From the human T2T-CHM13v2.0 reference genome, Homo sapiens, in assembly GCA_009914755.4 (NCBI GenBank), contig CP086569.2, positions 5,184,001 through 5,248,000 of the forward strand: a stretch of 64,000 bases of DNA, read 5' to 3'. The position numbers and the translations under genes were made by a program. Shown here piece by piece: positions 46,133 to 58,800 of this stretch (the first letter of the stretch is position 1; the number at the start of each line of letters is the position of its first letter). Below the pieces are notes generated by a model, which was not told where the DNA came from, made no database searches, and saw only the letters and a list, made by a program, of their open reading frames with translations.

Positions 46133-46305
46133 ATGTAATTTGATTGTTTGTAACACAAAGGATAGATAAATGATTGAGGGGATGGATACCCGTTTCTCCA
46201 CGATGTGATTATTATATGTTGCATGCCTGTATCAAAACATCTCATGTATCCCATAAATATATACACCTACTCTGTACGCACAAAAATTTGAAAATGAAAA
46301 CATGA
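46133..46305 (+). mobile_element. 3'-UTR fragment of an older LINE-1, sense, directly abutting the poly-A of the previous L1.
   Basis: gaatgtaatttgattgtttgtaacacaaaggatagataaatgattgaggggatggatacccgtttctccacgatgtgattattatatgttgcatgcctgtatcaaaacatctcatgtatcccataaatatatacacctac is nearly identical in type to 25490-25680. Confidence 0.7.
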
Positions 46306-49300
46306 AGTGGCAAGGATAGTAGATGTGCATATGTGTGTATGGTTTGTATTAAGGCTGAAGTTTAACATGCAGAACAGGAATTAGTTTAACCACTCAAAAT
46401 AGGAAGTCAGGATTCTGTTTATAGTTCTAACTAAAGATAACCAAATAATGATTTTAGTAAAATTTTATGTCTTTTCTAGAGATGTTGGTAAAATTTTATA
46501 GTCTGAGCTTCAGTGGATCTCTACTAAGATAAACAAGATATTTAAAATGTAATTTTGAAAAGCCAGATACTGATAATGAAGGATAAATTACCTTACTTAA
46601 ATACATAATTGACCTTATAACAGAAAAACAAATATGACTATAATTTTTAAATTGTCCATATGTCCCCTTCCTTCTCTCTTTAAACTTAGCATCTGCTCAT
46701 TAATTAATTTCACTCACTTCTATTAAGTGTATCATGTGCTCTGGCACTGTACTATTATTGCTTTTGAGTCTTAAGTAAGCAGAAGAAAAGCTTTCTTACA
46801 TGGAATGGCCCACTGTTTTACATGGAAACAGAAGTCCTGCAACAGGTGCAGAACTTTTCCTAGCTGCTGTCTAGTATATATTTCTCCCTTAAGGTATTCT
46901 TGTAAGGGAAAAAGATAATTGATAATTAGTCTGAATGAACCCAAGGGTGGAAAAGGACCCTGCTTTAAGCCCTAATATGACTAAACCTTGCAGAGAAAAT
47001 AATGAAAAAGATTTAAAAAATACAGCTATAGGTAACAAGACAGATGACAGCATGATTTAATTGTATTGAAAACAATAAGGGACCTACTGCTAAGTAATGC
47101 ACCTACTGCTAAGTAACGCATCGAAAATTGGGTGCTGCCAAAAATGGCCAGTTGTGTGCTTTGAACTTAATCTGATAGGTAGTAAGACATACGTAAGCGA
47201 ACACAATATTTTAGAGTCTATAGAAATTTGATGTTGTAAGTAAATTGAGAGTCATATATTCCATCTTCAACTCAGTCAAGCACCCTTGCCTACACATTGT
47301 CCTTTCCTTAATTCTACTCTAATGACAAAAGTACCAGACAACATGTATCCTGAATGATGTCTTTTATTGTTTTAAAAATTGCATGTATATTGCATAAACA
47401 CGTATTTTAGTAAACATAAGACACACAATATGATTTTAAAAACTCCCTCGGTGCTGTTGCTTTCACTCAAAGCAGTTATTATTAAGGGAATTGATTATTT
47501 TGTTGAATTTAATTTAAAATGTTAATTATGTATCATTTATTGGGGTTGACAAAGTTCAGGATATTCTACTCCAAAATATGATACCTTGTCATACTGAATA
47601 TTTTCAGCTGAAGTAATTTGAGAAAACAGCAGAAGCAGGAAGGTCAGTCTCAACTCCTCCCCACCTCTCCTTGTTACTTGAAGCATGCCATAAAACCTAG
47701 GAAGGATTTTCTGACTGTTCCCTGAAGCAGGTCATAAGACACTCAATAGAAAGGTACCCTTCTTATACCCAGAAGAAAAGAATATTTTTATATCTGAAGA
47801 TGAAGGGTCACAGAGAAGGAGTTGAACCAGCAGGTCTTGCTAAGTTTCCTTCAGTCACCATTGGATCTACCCCACTTTGTCCATTTATTTCTCCATAATT
47901 ATTCACTCTTCATCAAACATAAGCATAAAAATACACAAGTTTACCTGTTTTTATGGGTCTTCATTTCCTTATTACAGTCCCCATGTCATATGAAAGTTGT
48001 ACTGAACAGATTTGTATGCTTTTTCCTTGTTAGTCTTTTGCTATAGTGCCTAAGACATGAGATTAATATGGGTGAGAAAAAGATATTTCTCCTCCTCTCC
48101 ACAGTAAACTTGATATACTTGGACTTACTTGGACGTATATGTCATGACACCAGAAGTAGACATGAATAGAATTTTTAATACTTTTGTATTAGAAAAATGC
48201 ACAGGAGACATCTGGAATTTCAACAAATATCAGACTATGCATAAATATGTAACCCAGAATTCATTTGGGTTTCCTAGGTGTTATTGTCAATTAATGGCAT
48301 TTATGTAATTAAACTGAGTTTATGAACTGTCATAAGAAAGAAGTAGTAAAGAAGTGTCTTTAGGGTCATACCTCTGAAGGTAAGAACACCAAGTGGGCTA
48401 CAATAATAACAATTAAGCTTATATATTATCCTAGCAATTACTTTGGATTGTGTTTATCTCTGTTATACTGAAATGGAAGCCAAAGCTTAAAAGGAAAACA
48501 AAATGTGACCTGAATTTGGAGGAATATGGACAGACCTTAGATGGAATCAGAGCCATAGGATCTTCCTCCATGTAATGAATGACCAAACCATGCAGCTATT
48601 CTGGATGGCTGTGGATCAAGTCAGCTTGCATATAGTACTAAAACCATTATAATTTTGAAAAATATATCTAGGAAAGTATGAAAAAGTGATTGAGTTTATA
48701 AATCAAAACTTGCTAAAAGATTTTTCTATGTATAAAGACATAAACTATTTAAATAATCACTGCTTGACTTATTTTAAACATTTTTATGAACTTCTTGAGA
48801 GTTCAGGTTTAGGTACACAAACAGATATCAACTTCAAAATTTCAGCTCTTTCTCTCCCCTCCTCCTCCATTCTTTTCCTCTCCCTTCCTTCCTTCCTACT
48901 ATCCTTTCTTCTGCTTGCATCTACTTATGCATTGGAGACAGTCTAAGCAAAATGATTCCCAACAAAACATTACACTTAAACAATCTTTGGAAGACTAAAG
49001 ATTTTTTAAAAACAATAAACCACAAGATGTTATGAATTATCGGAAATTACATAGGAGAATGGAGTACAAACAGTTACATTTCAGAGCCGTTTTTACTTGA
49101 TAATTATACTTAATGACAATGTTTTGATAGCTAGTTTTTTAAAAAAACAATTTTATTCTCTTTTATTATGGAGTGTGAACATGCTTTTCCTCTTGGTATT
49201 CTCCAGTGTCAGCCTTGTTTTTAGTGCTGAATAATGTCAAAGATTAAATTTTCTTTTTAGAAACCATTTTTTTCCAATAATTTATTCTAATTTACAAGAT

Positions 49301-49324
49301 CTTGAATGGTTTTTTTAGAAGTTT

Positions 49325-49546
49325 TATTTTAGATTCAGGGAGTACATGTGCAGTATGTTACCTGGGTATATTGCATGATGTTTGGGGTACAAATGACCCA
49401 GGTCCTGAACATGGTACTGAATAGTTTTTCAACTTTTGCATCCCTCCCTCCCTCCCCACTCTGGTAGTCCTCAGTGTCTGTTGTTGCCATATGTATGTTC
49501 ATGAGTGCCCAATGTTTAGCTCTCACTTACAAGTAAGAACATGTGG
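49325..49546 (-). mobile_element. LINE-1 3' UTR, antisense. This is the 3' piece of the L1 that is split by the THE1 insertion.
   Basis: ttagattcagggagtacatgtgcagtatgttacctgggtatattgcatgatgtttggggtac...gctctcacttacaagtaagaacatgtgg is the L1 antisense 3' end. The sequence continues at 51805 after the THE1 element. Confidence 0.85.
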
Positions 49547-51804
49547 TGATATTCTTTGGCTGTGTCTCCACACAAATCTCATCTCGAATACCCATGCATT
49601 GTGGGAGGACCTGGTGGGAGGTAATTGAATCATGGGGGCAGGACCTTCCCATGCTGTGCTCCTGATAGTGGGTAAGTCTCATGAGATCTGATGGTTTTAA
49701 AAAGAGGAGTTCCCCTGCACAAGCTCTCTCTGCCTGCTGCCATCCACGTAAGATGTGACTTGCCCCTCCTTGCCTTCTGCCATGATTGTGAGGCCTCTCC
49801 AGCCATGTGGAGCTGTTAAGTCCAGTAAGCTTCTTTCTTCTGTAAATTGCCCAGTCTCAGGTATGTCTTTATCAGCAGTGTGAAAACAGACTAATACAGT
49901 AAATTGGTACCAGTAGAGTGGGGTGCTGCTGAAAAGATACCCAAAAATGTGGAAGCAACTTTGGAACTGGTTGACAGGCAGAGGTTGGAACAGTTTGGAG
50001 GGCTCAGAAGAAGACAGGAAAATGTGGGAAAGTTTGGAACTCCCTAGAGACTTGTTGAATGGCTTTGACTAAAATGCTGATAGTAATATGCACAATGAAG
50101 TCCAGGCTGAGGTGGTCTTAGATAGAGATAAGAAACTTGTTGGGAACTGGAGAAAAGTTGACTCGTTATCTTTTAGCAAAGAGATGGATGGCACTTTTCC
50201 CCTGCTCTAGGGATTTGTGGTACTTTGAACTTTAGAGAGATGACTTAGGGTATCTGGTGGAAGAAATTTCTAAGCAGCAAAGCATTCAGGATGTGACTTG
50301 GGTGCTGTTAAAGACATTCAGTTTTATAAGGAAAGCAGAGCATAAGAGTTCTGAAAATTTGCAGTCTGACAATTTGATAGAAAAGAAATTCCCATTTTCT
50401 GAGGAGAAATTCAGCCAGCTGCAGAAATTTGCATAATTAACTAGGAGCCAAATGTTAATCACCAAGACAATGGGGAAAATATCTCCAGGGCACACCAGGA
50501 GGCTTTATGGCAGCCCCTCCTATCACATAGCCTCCTCCTGGAGGCCTATGAGGGAAAAATGGTTTCATGGGCCAGGCCCAGGGTTCCCATGCTGAGTGTT
50601 GCCTAGGGACTTGGTGCCCTGTGTCCCAGCTGCTTCAGTCATGGCTGAAAGGGGCCAAGGTAGAGGTTGGGCCATGGCTTCAGAGGGTGCAATCCCCAAG
50701 CCTTGGTAGCTTTCACTTGTTGTTGAGTCTGTGGGTACACAGAAGTCAGTAAGTGAGGTTTGGAAACCTCTGCCTTAGACTTCAGAAGATGTATGGAAAT
50801 GCCTGGATGTCCAGGCAGAAGTTTGCTGCAGGAGCAGCACCCTCATGAAGAACCTCTGCTAAAGCAGTGTGGTAGGGAAATGTGGGGTCGGCACCCACAC
50901 ACAGAGTCCCTACTAGGGCATCATCTAGTGGAACTGTGAGAAGAGGGTTACAGTCCTTCAGACCTTAGAATGGTAGATCCACTGACAGCTTTCACTGTGT
51001 GCCTGGAAAAGCCACAAACACTCAACACCAGCCCACGAAAGCAGTTGGGAGGGATGCTGTACCCTGCCAAGTCACAGGGGCAGAGCTTTCCAAGACTATG
51101 GGAACTACCTCTTGCATCAGTGTGACCTGGATGTGAGACATGGAGTCAAAGGATATCATTTTGGAGTCTTAAGATTTGACTGCCCTGCTGGATTATGGAC
51201 TTGCATGGGGCCTGTAGCCTCTTTGTTTTGGCCAATGTCTCCCATTTGGAATGGCTGTATTTACTGAATGCCTGTTCCCCCATTGTATCTAGGAAGTAAC
51301 TAACTTGCTTTTGATTTTACACACTCATAGGCAGAAGGGACTTGCGTTTTCATGGATGAGAATTTGGACTGTGGACTTTTGAGTTAAAACTTTGAGGGAC
51401 TGTTGGGAAGGCTTGATTGTTTTTTAAATATGAGGACATGAGATTTGAGAGGGGCCAGGGGTGGAATGATATGGTTTGGCTGTGTCCACACCCAAATCTC
51501 ATCTTGAGTTTCCATGTGTTGTGAGGGAACTGGGTGGAAGGTAATTGAATCATGGGGGCAGGCTTTTCCCATGCTGCTCTCATGATAGTGAATAAGTACC
51601 ACAAGATCTGATGGTTCTATAAGGGGGAGTTTCCTAGCACAAGCTATTCCTTTGCCTGCTGCCATCCATGTAAGATGTGATGTGCACCATGATTGTGAGG
51701 CTTCCCCAGCCATATGGAACCATAAGTCCATTAAATTTCTTTCTTTTGTAAGTTGCCCAGTTTTGAGTATGTCTTTATCAGCAGTGTGAAAATGGACTAA
51801 TACA
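49547..51804 (+). mobile_element. Full-length THE1-class MaLR LTR retrotransposon, 2258 bp, nested inside an L1. The 5' LTR is at 49547-49898, the internal region at 49899-51466 and the 3' LTR at 51467-51804.
   Basis: Both LTRs begin TGATAT(G/T)...TTTGGCTGTGTC(T)CCAC(A/C)CAAATCTCATCT and end ...CCCAGT(C/T)T(C/T)AGGTATGTCTTTATCAGCAGTGTGAAAA(C/T)(A/G)GACTAATACA, which is the THE1/MST LTR consensus ends. The internal region starts GTAAATTGGTACCAG (a tRNA primer-binding-site-like region). LTR and internal sizes match THE1 (~350 bp and ~1.6 kb). Possible TSD: TGTGG/TGTGT. Confidence 0.85.
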
Positions 51805-54600
51805 TGTGTTATTTGGGTTTATGTACTTGTATTATTTTACTTAGGGTAATGGGCTCCAGTTGCATTCATTTCATAGCAAAGGACATAATTTCCTTTCTTT
51901 TATGGCTGTGTAGTATTCTACAGTGTATACATAACACACTTCCTTTATCCAGTTCATCACTGATGGGCACCTAGGTTGATTCCATGTCTTGTTATTGTGA
52001 ATATTGCTGCAACGAACATGCTGTTGGCATGTGTCTTTTTGGTAGAAAAATTTATATTTCTTTGAGTATATACCCAGTAATGGGATTGCTGTGTCAAATG
52101 ATAATTCCATTTTACATTCTTTGAGAAATCTCCAAGCTTCTTCACACAGTGGCTGAATTACTTTACATTCCCACCACCAGTGTATAAGCATTCCCTTTTC
52201 TCCATAGCCTCACCAGCATCTGTTGTTTTTTGTCTTTTTCATAATAGTTGCTCTGACTGTTGTGAGATAGAGATAGTATCTTATTGTGGTTTTGATTTGC
52301 ATTTTTCTGATTAGTGATATGGAGCATTTTTTGCAACCCACTGGTATGAGATGGTATCTCATTTTGGTTTTGATTTTCATTTTCTGATGATTAGTGATAT
52401 GGAGCATTTGTTCATGTTTGTTGGCTACCTGTATGTCTTCTTATGAGAAGTGTATGTTCATGTCCATTGTCTATTTTTAATGGGGTTGTTATTAGGTTTT
52501 TGCTTGTTGATTTGTTTAACTTTCTTATAGATTCTTGATATTAGTCCTCTGATAGATTCTTGATATTAGTCCTCTGTCAGATGCATAGTTTGCAAATATT
52601 TTCTCCTATGCTGGAGTTTGTGTTTTTCCTCTGCTGATAGTTTCTTTTGTTGTGCAGAAGATCTTTAGTTTAATCAGTTCCCACTTGTGAATTTTTGTTT
52701 TTGATGTAATCACTTTTGAGAATGCAGCCATAAATTATATCCCAAGGCCAATTTCCAGAATGGTGTTTTCTAGGTTTTCTTCTAGGATTCTTATAGTTAG
52801 AGGTTTTACATTTAAACCTTCAACTTATCTTGAGTTAATTTTTGTATGTGGTAAAAGGTATGGATCTACCATTATTCTTCTGCATGTGGCTAGCCAGCTA
52901 TCCCAGCATCATTTATAACATAGGGAGTCCTTTCCCTATTGCTTAATTTTGTTGACTTTGTTGAAGATAAGATGGTTTCATGTAGGTATGCAGCTTTATT
53001 TCTGGGTTCTCTATCCTGTTTCATTAGTCTACATGACTGTTCTTGTACTAGTATCATGCTATTTTTTTTATTGTAGCCTCATAGTGTAATTTAAAGTCAG
53101 ATAATGTGATGCCTCCAGTATTTTTCTTTTAGCTTAACATAGCTTTTGCTATTCAGGCTCTTTTTTGTACCATATGAATTTTAGAATAGTTTTTTTTTCT
53201 AGTTCTGTAAAAAATGATGTTGGTATTTTGATAGAAATAGTGTTGAATCTGTAAATTGCTTTGGGCAGTATGGCCATATTAATGTATTAAGTCTTCCAAT
53301 CCATGAGCATGAAACGTTTTTCCATGTGTTTTTGTCATCTCTGATTTCTTTGAGCAGTGTTTTGTAGTTCTCTTTGCAGAGATATTTCACCTTGGTTAGA
53401 TGTGTTCCTAGGTATTTTATGTTTTTGGTGGTTATTGTAGATGAGATGACATTCTTGATTTGACCCTCAGCTTGAATGTTTTTTTGGGAAGGAGTGTAAA
53501 AATTTACTGATTTTTGCACATTGATTTTGTATCCTGAAACTTTACCATAGTTCTTTATCAGTTCCAGGAACTTTTTGACAGAGTCTTTAGGGTTTTCTAA
53601 ATATAGAATTTTGTCAACCACAAACAGTGGTAGTTTGACTCTTTTCTTTTTTTCCTATTTGGTTGTCTTTTGTTTCTTTCCCTTTCCTGATTGCTCTGGC
53701 TAGCTCTTCCAATACTATGTTGTATAACAGTGGTGATAGTAGGCATTCATGTCCTGTTGCAGTTCTCAAAGGGAGTGCTTCCAGCTTTTGTCCATTTAAT
53801 ATGATGTTGGCTGCATGTTTGTCATAGATGGCTCTTATTGTTTTAAGGTGTGTTCCTTTGATGCCTAGTCTGTTGGATTTTTTTTTTAATGATGAAGGGA
53901 TGTTGAATTTAATCAAAAGCTTTTTCTGCATCTATTGAGAAAAATAGTTTATGACAATATGGTTTTTGTTTTTAATTGTGTTTATGTAGTAAATCACATT
54001 TATTGATTTGTGTATGTTGAATCAACCTTGCAATCTCATGAATAATGCCTATTCAATCATGACAAGTTAACTTTTTGATGTGCTGTCAGATTCCATTTGT
54101 TAGTATTTTGTTGAGGATTTTCATGTCTGTGTTTATCAAGAATATTGGCCTACAGTTTCCTTTTCTTATTGTGTCTTTGTCAGGTTTTGTTTTCAGGGTG
54201 ATGCTGGTATTTTAGAAAGAGCTGCAGAGGAGCTCTTTCTCCTTGATTTTTTGGAATAGTTTCAGTAGAATTGGTACCAGCTCTTCTTTGTACTTCTGGT
54301 AGAATTGAACTGTGAATCCGTTTGGTCCAGGGCTTTTTTTTTTTTTTTTCTTTTTTTCTTTTTTTTTTTTTTTTGATTGGTAGGTTTTTTACTATTGATT
54401 CAATTTTGGAACTTGATGTTCCTCTCTTTAGGATTTCAACTTCTTCCCGATTCAATCTTGGAAGATTGTATGTTTCCAGGAATTTGTCAGTTTCTTCTAG
54501 ATCATCTAGTCATCTAGTTCATGTGCATAGAGTTGTTCTTAATAATCCCAGAGGATCATGTATATTTCTGTGAGGAGATCTTATATTTTAAAATACTACA
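51805..54600 (-). mobile_element. LINE-1, antisense: about 2.8 kb of ORF2 (RT domain through C-terminus) and the same element as 49325-49546. It contains an expanded internal T-run at 54330-54375.
   Basis: The sequence continues exactly from the L1 3' UTR interrupted by THE1. ORF-track peptides match ORF2p: 53614-53931(-) '[55 protein letters not shown]' (the RT region); 53199-53621(-) 'ILYLENPKDSVKKFLELIKNYGKVSGYKINVQKS...[26 protein letters not shown]'; 51871-52191(-) 'HWWWECKVIQPLCEEAWRFLKECKMELSFDTAIPLLGIYSKKYK...TWNQPRCPSVMNWIKEVCYVYTVEYYTAIK'. Confidence 0.9.
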
Positions 54601-55493
54601 ACTTGCTTGAAAAAAAAATGATATAAATACAAGTTAGTTCCAACATGGATTTTAAGAGTTCACATCAAGAATGCATCATAAATTATGAGGGGTTAAAAAA
54701 CTAAAAGAATATTTTTTCAGAACAGACCAAGAAAACAATTAAGTTGGGAAAACTTAATGCATAAGAAAAGTTTAAAGGAATCAGGAGAAGTCTAAAACCG
54801 ATTTTAAAACTGTTTTTAATATTGTAAGTACTTAATGAAACTAGGATATTTAAGATCAAGTGTACTTTATTTTCACTAGATATAGGAGAGAATGTTGAAT
54901 TGAATTAAATTATAATTAAAAATTATGCTAGCTCTGAGGAATTGCTTCTTTCTAGTAAGATACACTGCTGAAAAAATATATATGGGATATTATAGAATAT
55001 CCCTTGAATGTGATTAAGAGTAGAATTTTCAGCAGTGTCACAAATAACTAAAATTCAGATTTGTAATGAAAAAGCAAACTGGATTAGAAAATTATGCTTT
55101 TGTTCCTACTCTTTGATTCCATAATAATTCTGAAAGAACATGTTAGCAAATGCCTTCAACTTAGGTGAACTCCTTAATTTAACCTCATATTATTGGTTTT
55201 GTGTCATGTCTCAATATGTCACCAAAGCCAGCCCAGATTTTAAATTCTTATTATTACTTAATAACACCTACATTTTTATCTTAGAAATTCTCCTTCAAGG
55301 CATCACAAAGCAGAATTTAAAAAAAAGAAAGAATACTTTCTGAGTATCAACCAATATTTTAAATGATTCTGTATCATGTGCAGCCTCTTTCCTATATAGT
55401 GTGCAAATAATGTACTTCTTTTTGGATTAAATGGACTCAGGAGTGTACTATCTAGAATATTGTACAAAATTGCCTTGAATATGTTATATGCAA

Positions 55494-57808
55494 TGATATG
55501 GTTTCACTGTGTCCCAACCCAAATCTCATCTTGAATTTAATGCCCATAATTCCCAAATGTTGTGGGAGGAGGAACCTGGTGGGAGGTGACTGAATTATGG
55601 GGCAGGCCTTTCCTGTGCTGTTCTTGTGATACTGAATGAGTCTCACAAGATCTGATGGCTTTAAAAACGGAAGTTTCCCTGCACAAGCCCTCTCTTTGCC
55701 TGCTGCCATCCCTATACGATGTGACTTGCTCCTCCTTGCCTTCTACCATAATTGTGAGGCCTCCCCAGCCATGTGGAACTGTAAGTCCATTAAATCCTTT
55801 CCCGTATAAATTACCCAGTCTCAGGTATGTCTTTATGAGCAGCATGAAAATGGATTGATACAGTAAATTGGTTCCAGGAGTAGGGTGCTGCTGAAAAGAT
55901 ACCTGAAAATGTGGAGGTGACTTTCGAACTGGGTAACAAGCAGGGGTTGGAACAGTTGGAGGGCTCAGAAGAAGATAGGAAAATGTGGGAAAGTTTGGAA
56001 CTCCCTAGAGACTTGTTGAATGGCTTTGCCCAAAATGCTGACAGCAATATGCACAATAAAGTCCAGGCTGAGGTGGTGTCAGATGGAAATGAGGAACTGG
56101 AGCAAAAGTGACCCTTGTTATGTTTCAACAAAGAGACTGGTAGCATTTTGCCCCTTCTCTAAAGATTTGTGGAATTTTGAACTTGAGAGAGATGATTTAA
56201 GGTATCTAGCAGGAGAAATTTCTAAGTGGCAAAGCATTCAAGAGGTGACTTGGGTGCTGTTAAAGGCATTCAGTTTTGTAAGGAAAACAGATATAAAAGT
56301 TCAGAAATTTTGCAGCCTGACAATTTGATAGAAAAGAATTTACTATTTTTTGAGGAGAAATGAAAGCCAATTGTAGAAATTTGCATAACTAATTAGAAGC
56401 TGTATGTTAATCACCAAGACAGTGGGGAGAATGTCACCAGGGCATGTGAGAGGTCTTCATGGAAGCCCCTCCCATCACAAGCCCAGAGGTCTAGGATTTA
56501 AAAATGGCTTTGTGGGCCAGGCTCAGGTCCCTGTGCTGTGTGCAGTCTAGGGAATTGGTAACTGCATCCCAGCCACTCCAGCCACAAGTAAATGGGGCCA
56601 AGGTACAGCTCGAGTCATGGCTTCAAAGGGTGCAAGCTCCAAGCCTTGGCAGCTTCCATGTGATGTTGGGCCTGTGGGTGCATGGAAGTCAAGAAATGAG
56701 GTTTGGGAACCTCTGCCTAGGTTTCAGGGGATTTGTGGAAACACCTGGATGTCTAGCAGAAGTTTGCTGCAGGGGCAGGGCCCTCATGGAGAACCTCTGC
56801 TAGGGCAGTGTGCAAGGGAAATGTGAGGTCGAAGCCTGCACACAGAATCCCTACTGGGGCACCACCTAGTGGAGCTGTGAAAAGAGGGCCACTGTCCCTC
56901 AGACCCCAGAATGGTAGATCCACTGACAGCTTGCACTGCATGCCTGGAAAATCTACAGACACTAAACAACAGCCTATGAAAGCAGCTGGGAGGGAGGGTG
57001 TACCCTGCCAAGCCACAGAGGCGGAGCTGCCCAAGATCATGGGAACCCACTTCTTGCATCAGCATGACCCGGAAGTGAGACATGGAGTCAAAGGAGATCA
57101 TTTTGGGGCTTTAAGATTTCACTGCCCTGCTGAGTTTTGGACCTCCATGGGGCCTGTAGTCTCTTTGTTTTGCCAATCTCTGCCATTTGAAATGGTTGTA
57201 TTTACCCAATGACTGTACTCCCATTGTATCTAGGAAGTAACTAATTTGCCTTTGATTTTACAGGCTGATAGGCAAATGGGGCTTGCCTTGTCTCAGATGA
57301 GATGTTGGACTGTGGACTTTTGAGTTAATGCTGAAATGAGTTAAGACTTTGGGAGACTGTTGGGAAGGTATGACTGTTTTTGAAATGTTAAGACATGAGA
57401 TTTGGGATGCACCAGGGGTGGAATGATATGGTTTGGCTGTGTCTCCACCCAAATCTCATCTTTAATTGTAACTCCCACAATTCCCATATGTTGTGGGGGG
57501 AACCCAGTGGGAAGTGACTGAATTATGGGGGTGGGTCTTTCCTGCACTGTTCTCTTGGTACTGAATGAGTCTCACAAGATCTGATGGTTTTAAAAATGGG
57601 ATTGTCCCTGAACAAGCTCTTTCTTTGCCTGCTGCCATCCATGTAAGATGTGACTTGCTCGTCCTTGCTTTATGCCATGAGTGTGAGCCCCCTCCACCCC
57701 CTGCCATGTAGAACTGTATGTTCATTAAACCCTTTTCCTGTATAAATTACCCAGTCTCAGGTATGTCGTTATTAGCAGTGTGAAAATGGACTAACACACG
57801 AAATTTCC
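55494..57808 (+). mobile_element. Second full-length THE1-class MaLR retrotransposon, 2315 bp. The 5' LTR is at 55494-55862, the internal region at 55863-57423 and the 3' LTR at 57424-57808.
   Basis: The LTRs run TGATATGGTTT(C/G)(A/G)CTGTGTC...ATCTCATCTT...GGAC(T)TAA(T/C)ACA. The internal region is collinear with, and highly similar to, that of the first element (e.g. gctgctgaaaagatacc.gaaaatgtggagg...gaaaatgtgggaaagtttggaactccctagagacttgttgaatggctttg...). No clear TSD. Confidence 0.85.
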
Positions 57809-58487
57809 TCTATCTTTTAAAATGATAACTAAAGAGACTGAGCATATACGCCACCAAGAATATGTGTGTGTGGTGGAGAAAGGGTACTTAATTAGCTTAA
57901 CTCTTTACAATTCAAGAATTTTGGGGAGTCCAAGTTTTGGCTAAGTAGTATATGTGGTTTTGATAGTTTTCAGTAACTTCTTATAGCCGAAATTTTATTG
58001 TTTGCTAGCTGGCAAAAGCATTATGTTTAAAAATATACAGCAACAGATTTTCATATTTTTTCATATCTTTTTAGAATGACTCACATAAGTAGATCTGTTC
58101 TTTTGCAGATTACTTTAGCGTTCCTCAGATAGGCATCACTTAAATGTGCGGTAGCAGATAGGACTTTTCTAAAGTCCTCTTATAATGTAATATTTCATTA
58201 CTTCGATTTACCAAGCTTAACAAGTGTTTGACACCCTTCAGCTACTAAATTGATTCAGAAAAGATAGAACAGCATAGGCATGCTCTGATTTTTTTGCTCT
58301 TTCTTGATGGATTACAATTATTAACCTACAGGTGGAGTCTAGATCTTTATTTTTAGAGAAAAATCTCAACAAATAGTCAACTGAATAGAATCAGGGCAAC
58401 ATAGCTATTTGAGAAGTACACAACTTTCAAATTAACTTCTTGTATAGCAGCTTCAATCTTCTGTATTAGAAATTGTAATAAACTATT

Positions 58488-58800
<313 letters not shown>

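Noticed and set aside
55811-57212. ORFs inside the second THE1 element (up to 134 aa at 56808-57212), and 50567-50752 and 51350-51731 in the first.
   Set aside because: THE1/MaLR internal regions are non-coding, with no gag/pol/env. These ORFs show no recognisable domain, differ between the two copies, and sit on both strands. They are chance ORFs.
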